Below, one piece after another: positions 49,940 through 59,782 of a stretch of DNA of 64,000 nucleotides. A program made the position numbers and the translations under genes. Each line of letters begins with the position of its first letter. Position 1 is the stretch's first letter. The notes below the pieces were generated by a model, which was not told the DNA's origin, did not search any database, and saw nothing but the letters and a program-made list of their open reading frames with translations. Origin of the DNA: Trueperaceae bacterium (GTDB taxonomy: Bacteria > Deinococcota > Deinococci > Deinococcales > Trueperaceae); assembly GCA_034521815.1 (NCBI GenBank), contig JAXHLW010000013.1:1376001-1440000 (forward strand). The letters are read 5' to 3'.

Positions 49940-52723
49940 TCACGACGCGCCTTCGAACGCGTCCTGCAGGAGCTCTTCCTGCTCGAGCTTGTGGGCGCTG
50001 CCCGAGCCGGTGGCCGGACTGGCCGACGCTGGGCGGGTCACGCCGTGGAAGCGGCGACCGAACGCCTCGCTTCCCCAGGGGGCGCGCAGGAAGCGCCAGG
50101 CGCCCATGTTCTCCGGCTCCTCCTGGACCCAGATCAGCGGCGCCTCCGCCGGGTAGAGCGCCAACGCCTCCTGGAGCTGCGCCTCGGGAAGCGGGTAGAG
50201 CTGCTCCATGCGCACGATGGCGACGTCGTCGCGCTCGCGTTTCTCGCGCTCTGCGACCAGGTCGTAGTACACCTTGCCGCTGCACGCCAGGATGCGGGTC
50301 ACGCCGTCGGGCGCCACGTCGGCGTCCGGCAGCACGCGCCGGAAGCGACCGCCGGTGAACTGGTCCAGCGGAGAGACCGCCCGCGGCGCGCGAAGCAGGC
50401 TCTTCGGGGTCATCACGATCAGCGGCTTGCGCCAGGGACGCAGGACCTGACGCCTGAGCAGGTGGAACATCTGTGCGGGGGTCGTCGGGTAGGCCACCTG
50501 CATGTTGTCCTCGGCGCACAGCTGCAGGAACCGCTCCAGTCTCGCGGAGGAGTGCTCGGGGCCTTGGCCCTCGAACCCGTGGGGAAGAAGCATCGTGAGG
50601 CCGGAGAGCCTGCGCCACTTGTCCTCGGCGCTGGCGATGAACTGGTCGATGATCACCTGCGCCGCGTTCACGAAGTCGCCGAACTGCGCCTCCCACGCCA
50701 CCAGACCCTCGGGCATGTCCATGCTGTAGCCGTACTCGAACCCCAGCACGCCGGCCTCGGACAGCGGACTGTTGTGGATCTCGACCGGCGCCTGCCCCTC
50801 GGACAGGTGGGCCAGGGGCATCCAGGCCGCATCGCTGGTCGGATCGTGCAGCACCGCGTGGCGATGCGAGAAGGTGCCGCGCTCGCTGTCCTGACCGGTC
50901 AGCCGGACGCGCGCTCCCCCGTCGGCCAGCGACGCCAGGGCCAGCGCCTCGCCCGCGGCCCAATCCAGCGGCTTCTCGCCCGCCGCCATCTCGTGGCGCG
51001 CGCTCAGCCCGCGCGCGATCTTCGAGTTCACCGTGAACCCGTCCGGCACCGCGGTGGTGCGCTCGAGCAGCCGCGCGACGTCCGCCGCGGCCAGGCCGGT
51101 GTCGACATCGTCGACGTCCGCGTCCGGACCGCCCGCGAACGGAGCCCAGATCCCTTCGCCCGCCGAGTAGTGCGGCTTGAACTCGTCGCTCCTTGCGGCC
51201 GAGAGCTCCTGCTCCAGCTGCTCGCGGCGCGCCTCGACGATCTCGGACGCCTCGTCGCGGCTCACCTCTCCCAGGGTCAGCAGCCGCTCCATGTAGCTTT
51301 CGCGCACGGTCGGGCGCTTGCGGATCACGTCGTACATGCGGGGCTGCGTGAACCCCGGCTCGTCGCCCTCGTTGTGGCCGTGACGGCGGTAGCAGTACAT
51401 GTCGATCACCACGTCGCGCTGGAAACGCTCGCGGAAGTCCATCGCCAGCTCGATCACCTGCGCGACCGCTTCGGGATCCTCGCCGTTCACGTGGAGGATC
51501 GGGGCCTGCAGCATCTTCGCGATGTCGCTGGCGTAGGTGGTGCTGCGGCTCTGCTCCGGACCGGTCGTGAAGCCGAGCTGGTTGTTCACGATCACGTGCA
51601 GCGCGCCGCCGACCTCGTAGCCCGGCAGCTCGGACAGGTTCAGCGTCTCCTGCACGACCCCCTCGCCGATGAACGCGGCGTCGCCGTGGATGAGGATCGG
51701 CATGACGCGCACCCGCCGGGCGTCACCGGCGCGGTCCTGCTTGGCACGGACGCGGCCCAGCACCACCGGATTGACGTACTCGAGGTGACTGGGGTTGAAC
51801 GCCAGACTCAGGTGGACGCTAGCGCCGTCCTGGGTCGTCCAGTCGCTGGAGTAGCCGAGGTGGTACTTCACGTCGCCGCGGCCGCGGTTCATCTCGGGGT
51901 CGACGTCGTCGAACTCGCGGAAGATCGTGCGCGGGCTCTTGCCCAGGATGTTCGCCAGCACGTTCAGGCGACCCCGGTGCGCCATGCCCAGCACGATCTC
52001 CCGGACGCCTTGCCGGCCGGCCTTCTCGATGGCGAGGTCGAGGAGCGGGATGAGGCTCTCGCCGCCCTCCAGGCTGAAGCTCTTCGCCCCGATGTACTTC
52101 TTCTGGATGAAGTCCTCGAAGATCACCGCGTCGGTCAGCTTGGTGAGGATCCGGAGCTGCGTGTCGCGGGACAGGACCCGCCGGTTCCGCGCGCGCTCCA
52201 TGCGCTCCTGCAGCCACACCCGCACGCCCAGGTCGTCGATGTGCATGAACTGCGCGCCGATGGCGCGGGTGTACGTCTCGCGCAGGCCCTCGATCAGCTC
52301 GCCCAGCGTCTCTGCCCCCTCGACGCTGGTGGCCAGCACCGGGGAGGCCATGTCGCTCTCGTCGAACCCGTAGTGGGCGGGGTCCAGCTCGGGGATCTCG
52401 GCACCGTCGCGCCCCAGCGGGTTCACGTCCGCGACCCGGTGGCCGCGCACCCGGTAGTTGCGCGTCAGCTTGTCGGCACGGTGCTGCACCCCACCGTCCT
52501 GAACGGTCCCGTGAGACGACCCGCCACGGAACACGCTGCGCGGCAGGAACGAGGGACCCATCGACTCTCGGCCCGACATCTCCGTGGCCGGGACGTCGTC
52601 GAAGTACCGCCGCCAGGCGTCGGGCACGGCGCCGGGGTCGCGAAGGTAGACGAGGTACATCTCCTCGGCGAACGCCAGACTGGAGCTGTTCAAGAGGGTA
52701 TCGGACTCTTCGGGTGGTCGCAT
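49940..52723 (-). CDS. sucA: 2-oxoglutarate dehydrogenase E1
   Basis: [23 protein letters not shown] and [13 protein letters not shown]. Confidence 0.96.
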   Translation of the reverse strand: MRPPEESDTLLNSSSLAFAEEMYLVYLRDPGAVPDAWRRYFDDVPATEMSGRESMGPSFLPRSVFRGGSSHGTVQDGGVQHRADKLTRNYRVRGHRVADVNPLGRDGAEIPELDPAHYGFDESDMASPVLATSVEGAETLGELIEGLRETYTRAIGAQFMHIDDLGVRVWLQERMERARNRRVLSRDTQLRILTKLTDAVIFEDFIQKKYIGAKSFSLEGGESLIPLLDLAIEKAGRQGVREIVLGMAHRGRLNVLANILGKSPRTIFREFDDVDPEMNRGRGDVKYHLGYSSDWTTQDGASVHLSLAFNPSHLEYVNPVVLGRVRAKQDRAGDARRVRVMPILIHGDAAFIGEGVVQETLNLSELPGYEVGGALHVIVNNQLGFTTGPEQSRSTTYASDIAKMLQAPILHVNGEDPEAVAQVIELAMDFRERFQRDVVIDMYCYRRHGHNEGDEPGFTQPRMYDVIRKRPTVRESYMERLLTLGEVSRDEASEIVEARREQLEQELSAARSDEFKPHYSAGEGIWAPFAGGPDADVDDVDTGLAAADVARLLERTTAVPDGFTVNSKIARGLSARHEMAAGEKPLDWAAGEALALASLADGGARVRLTGQDSERGTFSHRHAVLHDPTSDAAWMPLAHLSEGQAPVEIHNSPLSEAGVLGFEYGYSMDMPEGLVAWEAQFGDFVNAAQVIIDQFIASAEDKWRRLSGLTMLLPHGFEGQGPEHSSARLERFLQLCAEDNMQVAYPTTPAQMFHLLRRQVLRPWRKPLIVMTPKSLLRAPRAVSPLDQFTGGRFRRVLPDADVAPDGVTRILACSGKVYYDLVAEREKRERDDVAIVRMEQLYPLPEAQLQEALALYPAEAPLIWVQEEPENMGAWRFLRAPWGSEAFGRRFHGVTRPASASPATGSGSAHKLEQEELLQDAFEGAS

Positions 52724-52994
52724 CGGTACCGCCTACCTCGGGGATCGCGTCGCGCCGGACGGTGGGCTCGCGTCGGGGACTCGCGTCGGCTCGCGTGATC
52801 GTAGCAACCGGGTCGCCATCGACCAGGGTCTGCATCACCGTGTCGACCGCGCCTCACGGCGCGCACGCCGTCGGACGTTGTACCACGGCCGATGCCAGCC
52901 GCCTGGCGGCTGGGTGACCAGGCGTACGGAGCGCTCCATATCGTGGGGGACGCGATCGTGACGCGCACGCGAGGCGCTGCGGTACGGTGCGTGC

Positions 52995-53945
52995 ATGGCC
53001 GACGTACTGACCCTGGGCGAGCTCCTCATCGATTTCGTGCCCGACCGGACCGGCGTGACGCTGGGTCAGGCGGAGCGGTTCCTGAAGGCGGCGGGCGGCG
53101 CACCGGCCAACGTGGCGGTCGGCGTGCGCCGGCTGGGGCTGGACGTCGGCTTCATCGGCAAGGTCGGCGACGATCCGTTCGGGCACTGGCTGGCGTCGGT
53201 CCTGGACGACGCCGGCGTGGACGTGTCGCAGCTCCGTTTCGACGACGCCGCGCGAACGGCGTTGGCGTTCGTGTCGCTCACCGAGGAGGGCGACCGGGAT
53301 TTCATGTTCTACCGCCACCCCTCGGCCGATCAGCTGCACCGACCGGACGAGATCGACCTGCAGGCGGTCGCGGAGGCGGCGATCCTGCACTTCGGCAGCA
53401 TCAGCCTGATCCAGGAGCCGTCGAAGAGCGCGACCTTGGCGGCGGTCGACGCGGCGCGCGGGGCGGGCCGCCTGGTCAGCTACGACCCGAACCTGCGGCT
53501 TCCGTTGTGGGAGAGCGCGGACGCGGCCCGCGAAGGGATGCTGGCTCCTTGGGAGCTGGCGCACGTGATCAAGATCAGCGAGGAGGAGCTGTCGTTCCTG
53601 ACCGGCTCCAGCGATCTGGACGCCGCCTGGTCGCTGATGCACGACGAGCTTCGGCTGCTGACCGTGACGCAGGGCCGGGCCGGCGTGGCGTGGTTCGCCG
53701 GCGATCGCTCGGGACGTGTCGACGGCTTCTCGGTCAAGCCCGTCGACACCACCGGGGCGGGCGACGCGTTCGTCGCCTCGCTCCTGACGTCGCTGACGCG
53801 CGAGCCCGACCTGACGTCGGACGAAGGGGCGCTGGCGACCGCGCTGCGGCGAGCCAACGCCTACGCGGCGCTCACCACGACGCGGCCGGGCGCGATCCCG
53901 GCGCTGCCCAGCGCGGCCGAGCTGGATCGGTTCCTCGAGGGGTGA
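52995..53945 (+). CDS. PfkB-family carbohydrate kinase (fructokinase-like)
   Basis: GGAPANVA, YDPNLR and DTTGAGDAF. Confidence 0.92.
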   Translation: MADVLTLGELLIDFVPDRTGVTLGQAERFLKAAGGAPANVAVGVRRLGLDVGFIGKVGDDPFGHWLASVLDDAGVDVSQLRFDDAARTALAFVSLTEEGDRDFMFYRHPSADQLHRPDEIDLQAVAEAAILHFGSISLIQEPSKSATLAAVDAARGAGRLVSYDPNLRLPLWESADAAREGMLAPWELAHVIKISEEELSFLTGSSDLDAAWSLMHDELRLLTVTQGRAGVAWFAGDRSGRVDGFSVKPVDTTGAGDAFVASLLTSLTREPDLTSDEGALATALRRANAYAALTTTRPGAIPALPSAAELDRFLEG

Positions 53946-54014
53946 GGCCGTCGAGCCGGGCGGCCGACACGAGCGGCGGTTTGCTCGACGCGCCCCGCGA
54001 CGTCGACCTCGCGC

Positions 54015-54064
54015 GCCAAGACGGTGCGAGCCAAGCCGGTGCCAGCCAAGCCGGTGCCAGCCAA
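54015..54064. repeat. 15-bp tandem repeat GCCAAGCCGGTGCCA, about 3.3 copies
   Basis: Directly visible; the first copy is degenerate. Confidence 0.8.
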
Positions 54065-54110
54065 AAAAGATCGCTCGCCGTGGCGAGCGCGACCGCTTTT
54101 GCTTTGATAC
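54063..54110 (-). ncRNA. Putative small RNA (about 47 nt) with its own promoter and terminator
   Basis: On the minus strand, TTGACG (54144-54139)-N17-TATCCT (54121-54116), then an A-rich tract, hairpin CGCTCGC-CACG-GCGAGCG and T6. Confidence 0.6.
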
Positions 54111-54265
54111 TTCATAGGATACGACGATATGCGGGATTCGTCAACCCCTTGCACGCGACCGCCCGTCCGAGGGGCCCAACCAGGGAGCTCGCGCCGTTCG
54201 AACGGGCTGTTCGGGGCGTTCGAGCGACCGTTTTCGGGGGCTCTCGTCAGGGGCGCTGGTAGGAC

Positions 54266-54895
54266 GTGGGCGACGTGACCTGGATCGAGGCCCTGGCGTG
54301 GGCGGGCACGCTGACGTTCGCCGCGGCCGGCGCGCTGACCGCGATCGAGAAGCGGTTCGACCTCGTCGGCGTGCTGGTGCTGGCGTCGGTCACGGCGGTC
54401 GGCGGGGGCGCGATCCGCGACGTGCTGGTCGGGCGCCTCCCGCCCGACACGTTCCGGAACGAGCCGCTGCTCTGGGCGGTCGCCGTCACCGCCCTCGCGA
54501 CGTTCGCGCTGCACGGCCGGGTGCGCTCGCGCCCGCGCCTGCTGTACCTGCTGGACGCCGTGGGCCTGGCGATCTTCGCCGCCCTCGGCGCGTCGACCGG
54601 GCTGAACGCGGGGCTGGGCCCGTGGGGCACCGTGTTCGCGGGCGCCGTCTCGGGCGTCGGGGGCGGCGTGCTTCGCGACGTGCTCAGCGGGCGCGTGCCC
54701 GGGATCCTCGACCGCAGCGGCGACTTCTACGCCTCGGCGGCGGCGGTGGGCGCCGCAGCGGTGTGGTTCGCGGCGTCGTTCACCCCGATGGCGCCGTCCG
54801 GCACGGTGACCGTCGGCGCACTGGTCACGCTGGCGGTGCGCTTCGGCAGCCGGGTGCTGGGGCTTTCGCTTCCGGTTCCCCGTGAGCCGACCTGA
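54266..54895 (+). CDS. UPF0126/TRIC-family membrane protein (YadS-like)
   Basis: Two repeats, TAVGGGAIRDVL and SGVGGGVLRDVL. Confidence 0.9.
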   Translation: MGDVTWIEALAWAGTLTFAAAGALTAIEKRFDLVGVLVLASVTAVGGGAIRDVLVGRLPPDTFRNEPLLWAVAVTALATFALHGRVRSRPRLLYLLDAVGLAIFAALGASTGLNAGLGPWGTVFAGAVSGVGGGVLRDVLSGRVPGILDRSGDFYASAAAVGAAAVWFAASFTPMAPSGTVTVGALVTLAVRFGSRVLGLSLPVPREPT

Positions 54896-54927
54896 CCGCC
54901 ATCGAGCCGGCGCACGGCCGCCATCCG

Positions 54928-56001
54928 GTGGCCGGCCCAGTGGCATCATGCGGTCCACTGGATCCGACCTTCGCGGACGTGCGCGCCGCTGCCGACCGAA
55001 TCTCGGGGCTGGTGCGGCGCACGCCGCTGTTGCCCCTCCCTGGGCGTGGACCGGGCGCGCTCCCCGTCGAGGTGCAGGGGGAGGACGCCTCGGCCGTGGA
55101 CGCCTCGGCCTCGGGCCTGTGGGCCAAGCCCGAGAACCTCCAGCTCACCGGCTCGTTCAAGCTGCGCGGCGCCATGAACTTTCTGGCGTCGCTGGACCCC
55201 GGGGTCCGGGCTCGCGGTGTGGTGACGCATTCGAGCGGCAACCACGGCCAGGCCGTCGCCTGCGCGGCCGCCACCTTCGGCGTACCGGCAACGGTGGTGA
55301 TTCCCGAGGGAGCGCCGGCGGTGAAGCTCGAAAGGACCCGCGGCTGGGGTGCGACGGTGCTGCGCTGCGAGAACGATGGCGAGGCCCGTGCCCGCGCCGC
55401 GGACGAAGCGGTCCAGGCCAGCGGCGGGACGCTGGTGCCTCCTTACGACCACGCCTGGATCGTGGCGGGCCAGGGAACGGCCGGTCTGGAGATCGTCCAG
55501 GACCTACCGAACGTGGCGAACGTCCTGGTCTGCGTGGGCGGCGGCGGCCTGTCCGCCGGCACGGTCCTCGCCCTCTCCGAGCTCGCGCCCCATGCCCAGG
55601 TGATCGGCGTGGAGCCCGAGCTGGCCGCCGACGCACGCGATTCTCTGGCCTCGGGCGAGCGCGTCGCCTGGACCCCGGCGCAGACGAACCGAACGATCGC
55701 CGACGGCGTCCGCACCCAGGTGCTGGGCGAGGTGCCGTTCCGCATCCTGAAGGACCGCCTGCACGGCATCGTCACCGTGTCCGAGCACGAGATTCGAGCG
55801 GCGGCCGCCTGGTGGCCGCGGTTCGGCCGGATGGTGGTCGAGCCCACCGGAGCGCTCACGCTGGCCGCGTGGCGGCGTCTGGCGCGCGGCGACGCAGGCG
55901 GTCTTCGTCTCGCAGCGGGCCCGACGGTGCTCGTGATCAGTGGAGGGAACGTCGACGACGACGTTCTCGCCGCGCTTCTGCAAGATCCCGTCCTGCGGTA
56001 G
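54928..56001 (+). CDS. PLP-dependent threonine/serine dehydratase (start uncertain)
   Basis: ENLQLTGSFKLRGA, SSGNHGQ, VGGGGL and SGGNVD. Confidence 0.9.
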   Translation: MAGPVASCGPLDPTFADVRAAADRISGLVRRTPLLPLPGRGPGALPVEVQGEDASAVDASASGLWAKPENLQLTGSFKLRGAMNFLASLDPGVRARGVVTHSSGNHGQAVACAAATFGVPATVVIPEGAPAVKLERTRGWGATVLRCENDGEARARAADEAVQASGGTLVPPYDHAWIVAGQGTAGLEIVQDLPNVANVLVCVGGGGLSAGTVLALSELAPHAQVIGVEPELAADARDSLASGERVAWTPAQTNRTIADGVRTQVLGEVPFRILKDRLHGIVTVSEHEIRAAAAWWPRFGRMVVEPTGALTLAAWRRLARGDAGGLRLAAGPTVLVISGGNVDDDVLAALLQDPVLR

Positions 56002-56011
56002 CATGACGTCG

Positions 56012-56356
56012 ATGTCTTCCCTGACGGCGCTGATCGCGCTTTCGTTCGCCACGCTCATCGCGACGCTTCTCGCCGTCTGGCTGACGCTCACGGCGGGCGA
56101 GCGGACGGTCCGCGCCGCCCAGGTCGCCCAAGAGCGCCCCGAGCGGAAACGGTTTGGAGCGGGCCGACGCAGCCGCCGCGCCGAGCTGGACAACGACGCC
56201 GTTCGCGGCGCCCGCGCCCCGCGCAAGAACGCGCCGGTCGACGCCGCCCCACTGCCCAAGGCCGACGGCGACGTACGCGTCGTACCCCGGAAACGTAGCG
56301 GCGAGGACGCCTTCGACCGGTTCCTGGACCCTTCGGTGCGCCGGGACGACTTCTGA
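56012..56356 (+). CDS. Small membrane-anchored hypothetical protein
   Basis: N-terminal TM helix, basic linker and DAFDRFL tail; TAGCAT 7 nt before ATG. Confidence 0.65.
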   Translation: MSSLTALIALSFATLIATLLAVWLTLTAGERTVRAAQVAQERPERKRFGAGRRSRRAELDNDAVRGARAPRKNAPVDAAPLPKADGDVRVVPRKRSGEDAFDRFLDPSVRRDDF

Positions 56357-56363
56357 TCGTTCG

Positions 56364-57524
56364 GTGAACGCTGCCCCCGTGTCGCTGAACGCGCGTCTGA
56401 GCGCCCTGGTCGCGTTGGGCGACCGTCTGGACGCGGCCGACACGGCGACGGCTCCAGGCGAAGCCCTTCGCGCGGTCGTGCCGGAGCTGGGCCTTCAGGC
56501 CGGATGGGTCTTCCTGACCGACACGGTTCTAGGCGATGTGCGCAGCGGCACGCTGTCCCTGGCGGACGGCTTCGGGCTACCCTCGGCACTGGCCCACGAC
56601 GACGCCAGCGCGCTTCGGTGCGGCGGCTGCGAATGCCAGCGGCGGTTTCGTGATGGCGCGTTGGCGCACGGCGTGAACATGGTGAGGTGCAGCCGACTGG
56701 CCGCGGCCGCCGGCCGAACGGACGGGCTCGAGCTTCACGCCAGCGTCCCGGTGCGCGGACGAGCGGGCCCCTTCGGCATCCTCAACCTCGCGGCGCCCGG
56801 CGAGCGTCGGTTCACGGAGGACGAGCTCGCCTTCCTCGACGTCGTCGGGCGTCAGCTGGGCGCAGCCCTGGAACGGGGTCGTCTCGCGGAGGCCAGGACG
56901 GAGGCGACCCGTTTCGGCGCTGCGCTCGAAGAGCGCCATCGGCTCGCACGCGAGCTGCACGACGCCCTGTCGCAGCTCCTGTTCGCGAGCACCCTGCAGC
57001 TGCGCCTGGCGCGCGAGGAGGGCGGCGATGCCGAGCCGATCGCACGTGCCGAGAGCCTGCTGTCCGACGCACGGGGTGAGCTCCGCGCACTGGTCGAGAC
57101 CAGCCGCTCCCCCGATCTGTCGGCCGGGCTGGTCCCCGCGCTGGCCCGCCTGGCGGACAGAATGGCGCCCAGCGTGACGGTCCACCTCGACGCCGCGCCG
57201 GCCCGCCCTAGCGCCGAGGTCGCGGAGGCGCTGTACCGCGTGACCCAGGAAGCGGTCCACAACGCGGTCCGCCATGGCGACGCGCAGCACCTGCGGATCG
57301 CTCTGGAACGGTCGGTCGCGGACTCACTGCGCCTCTCGGTCCAGGACGATGGCCGAGGATGCGACCCGCAGGTGGCGACCCGAGGGCCCGGCCTACGAGG
57401 AGCGTCGGAGAGGATCGCCTCGCTGGGCGGCACGCTCCAGGTCGATCGGAGCGACGCGGGAGGCCTACGAATCGTGGTCGAGATCCCCTCCAGCGCGCGC
57501 TGGTCGGACGAGGACGCTTCATGA
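56364..57524 (+). CDS. GAF-domain sensor histidine kinase (HisKA_3), YhcY/AirS-like with a Cys cluster
   Basis: CGGCEC-x17-C in the GAF domain; ERHRLARELHD, EAVHNAVRH and DDGRG. Confidence 0.85.
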   Translation: MNAAPVSLNARLSALVALGDRLDAADTATAPGEALRAVVPELGLQAGWVFLTDTVLGDVRSGTLSLADGFGLPSALAHDDASALRCGGCECQRRFRDGALAHGVNMVRCSRLAAAAGRTDGLELHASVPVRGRAGPFGILNLAAPGERRFTEDELAFLDVVGRQLGAALERGRLAEARTEATRFGAALEERHRLARELHDALSQLLFASTLQLRLAREEGGDAEPIARAESLLSDARGELRALVETSRSPDLSAGLVPALARLADRMAPSVTVHLDAAPARPSAEVAEALYRVTQEAVHNAVRHGDAQHLRIALERSVADSLRLSVQDDGRGCDPQVATRGPGLRGASERIASLGGTLQVDRSDAGGLRIVVEIPSSARWSDEDAS

Positions 57525-58276
57525 GCCGTCCGGGCTCCCGTCGAAGCGGTCGACGCGGCCGTCGCGACGCTGCTGGTCGACGACCATCCCGTCGTCCGGG
57601 CCGGCTTGCGCGCGTACCTCGAGCGCCACGCGGGGCTGCGGATCGTGGGCGAGGTGGACGGCCTGGCGCAAGCCCGCGCGTGGCTCGAGCGGGCTGCGTC
57701 CGGCGAGCACGGCACGACACGTCCCGGTCTCGGCAACGCCGCGTCCGAGCACGCACCGTCCGAGCATGCACCGTCCGAGCCTCCAGAGCTGGTGATCTTG
57801 GACCTGAAGCTCCGCGACGGGGCCGGAACGGAGCTGATCCCCGACGTGCACCGGTTGGCGCCCGGAGCCCGGATCCTGATCCTGTCCAGCTTTCCCGAGG
57901 AGGACGCCGTCCGTGCTGCCATGCGAGCGGGCGCGCACGGTTGGCTGGACAAACAGCAGGACCCGTCGGCTCTGGCCGACGCGGTTCGGGCGTCGCTGCG
58001 CGGCGAGCTGCCGATGGCGGCCGAGGCGGTCCGCGCACTGAGCGCACCACCGCGGAGCGATCCGTTCGACGCGCTCACCCCGCGCGAGCGCCAAGTGCTG
58101 GACGGCATCGCGGACGGCCTGTCCAACCGCGAGATCGCAGGGCGCCTGGGCGTGCGCGAGAAGACCGTCAAGACGCACGCCGGCAGCATCTACACCAAGC
58201 TGGGCGTCGACCGGCGCACGCAGGCCGCCCTGCTGGCACGCGAGCACGGTGCTGCCGGGCCGCACGGGCCCGGTGA
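57521..58276 (+). CDS. NarL/LuxR-family response regulator (apparent frame breaks near both ends)
   Basis: LLVDDHPVVRAGL, LDLKL and LTPRERQVL...GLSNREIA...KTVKTH. The ATGA-coupled start is out of frame with the receiver domain, and the 3' end is inferred. Confidence 0.8.
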   Translation: MSRPGSRRSGRRGRRDAAGRRPSRRPGRLARVPRAPRGAADRGRGGRPGASPRVARAGCVRRARHDTSRSRQRRVRARTVRACTVRASRAGDLGPEAPRRGRNGADPRRAPVGARSPDPDPVQLSRGGRRPCCHASGRARLAGQTAGPVGSGRRGSGVAARRAADGGRGGPRTERTTAERSVRRAHPARAPSAGRHRGRPVQPRDRRAPGRAREDRQDARRQHLHQAGRRPAHAGRPAGTRARCCRAARAR

Positions 58277-58328
58277 GGACGGTCCCAGCGACGACGGGTT
58301 CGGTGGACGACCCAGGCGCTTGAATGCC

Positions 58329-58374
58329 GTCCGCCTGCGACCTTGGTCGCAGGCGGACGCGCGACCAAGGCCCG
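58329..58374. promoter_or_regulatory. Perfect 14-bp inverted repeat GTCCGCCTGCGACC-TT-GGTCGCAGGCGGAC plus a partial second site; candidate response-regulator operator
   Basis: Directly visible between the regulator gene and a small ORF with a strong RBS. Confidence 0.6.
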
Positions 58375-58425
58375 ATGCCCGGCAGGGGCGGGACGACGCA
58401 TCCTTCGAGGCGAAGGAGGCACGCC

Positions 58426-58630
58426 ATGTTCTCGCACCCCGACGTTCTTCTCAGAATCGCCCGATCCACCGTCACCGAGCGCGCCGGCCGTGCCGCGTCG
58501 CGTGCTCGCGCTCGCTCCGCAAGCCCCGAACGCGATCACCCGAGGCCACGAGTCCAGCCACGAGTCCAGCGCCTGGAGCCCGCTCTTCGTCCTTCTTCGT
58601 CAGCTCTCCACGCTGCGAGGAGGCCGGTGA
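58426..58630 (+). CDS. Small basic hypothetical protein (probable internal frameshift)
   Basis: AAGGAGG RBS then MFSHPDVLLRIAR; a plausible C-terminus is in the adjacent frame ending at 58630. Confidence 0.4.
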
Positions 58631-58783
58631 CCGGCTCGACCTGCTGCCGAGCGAGGCGGCCCCCGACCGTCGCCTCGCGCCATCCGGAGCCACGGGAACG
58701 GCGGGCGTCCGAAGACGCCCGCCGAAGCCGCGATCCCGCGAGCACGTGCTGCTCGTACGTGCTGCCCTACGTGCCCGCGCCCG

Positions 58784-59437
58784 TCAGGCGGTCGCGGTCG
58801 TGAGCTCCTGCAGGCGCCGGTAGGCGAGGTCGGCACGCTCGCGCAGCTTCTCGTCCTGGCTGCGGCCCGCCATCATCAGGTGCATGTTCATGTGCTGGTC
58901 GACGTCGCCGAAGATCGAGTTGAGGATCTCGACCTCCTGATTGCTGCGGAGGCTGGCGTCCTCGCGGAACAGCGTGGTGTAGCTGAACTCGAACTGGCGG
59001 TCGTCGATCGCGCCGGACAGGTACTGCTGAAGCACCGTCATGTACGGCGCGAGGTCGCTCTGGTCGCCGGAGCCGGCCGAGACCGCAGCGCCGCCCACCG
59101 GGAGCTGCGCGAACCCTTCGTCCAGCGTGTCGGGCGTGATGTTCCAGTTGTCCACGGCGAACACGGCCTGGCCGTCACGGAACAGGATGACCTGCGGGCT
59201 CTCGTGACGAACCCCCGTCTTCTCGCTCACCAGGTTGCTGGCGGACCGAGCCTCGACCACGCGGATCACGCCGACCATCAGGTCCTCGCGCGGGTCGACC
59301 TTCTCCTGCACGAACCCGAAGCCCTGCATGGTCTTGTGGCACGTGCCGGCCTTGAACACGACGCTGGTCGGGTGGTCGGTCAGGAACGTCTCGACCTCGT
59401 CGGGGCTCGTCAGATTGACGATTCGATCTCTCAGCAT
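58784..59437 (-). CDS. abxC: Monothiol bacilliredoxin BrxC/YtxJ-like with C-terminal helical domain (AbxC-type)
   Basis: TCHKT active-site motif, VRHESPQV, helical C-terminal extension, GGAGG RBS. Confidence 0.8.
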   Translation of the reverse strand: MLRDRIVNLTSPDEVETFLTDHPTSVVFKAGTCHKTMQGFGFVQEKVDPREDLMVGVIRVVEARSASNLVSEKTGVRHESPQVILFRDGQAVFAVDNWNITPDTLDEGFAQLPVGGAAVSAGSGDQSDLAPYMTVLQQYLSGAIDDRQFEFSYTTLFREDASLRSNQEVEILNSIFGDVDQHMNMHLMMAGRSQDEKLRERADLAYRRLQELTTATA

Positions 59438-59609
59438 AGGTCCTCCCTCTCGTGGGCATCGTACAGATAGGGACGCGCGTAACGATGTCGCCGAAACGGC
59501 AATTCCGAGCGGAGCGCTCGGAACCGCACGGCGTCGTAGCCGGCTCGCGGCCCGCGCGGCACCCGACTCGCAGGCGACGCCAGCGCCCGATGGAGGCTCG
59601 CTGTCCGTA

Positions 59610-59782
59610 TCTCCGAGGGCGCGGCCTCCTCCGCGCCACCTCCTGACCGGCGGCCCACGCCCGCCGGCGCCGCGGAGGCAAAGGGGACGCACGTCCTCGG
59701 GAGACGCACGTCCAGCACCGACTTCGAGCCCATCGCCGGGCTCGCGAGCGTGGGTCGCGACCCGAAGCGACGAGGACTCGAC
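59610..59782 (+). ncRNA. Candidate structured cis-regulatory RNA leader with a kissing loop or pseudoknot
   Basis: Nested stems; hairpin loop CCCACGC (59654-59660) is complementary to hairpin loop GCGTGGG (59748-59754); the structure ends at the RBS. Confidence 0.6.

Noticed and set aside
40309-52798. Very long antisense or alternate-frame ORFs (for example 40309-43374, 49391-52798 and 45840-47429)
   Set aside because: These are shadow ORFs expected at this GC content. They overlap well-supported genes and have Arg/Pro/Gly-biased composition.
54015-54064. Possible CRISPR array
   Set aside because: The 15-bp units are contiguous with no spacers, and there are no cas genes.
58277-58823. Long C-terminal extension of the response regulator
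   Set aside because: It runs through the palindrome, the small ORF and into abxC and has no domain-like composition; probably read-through from an indel.
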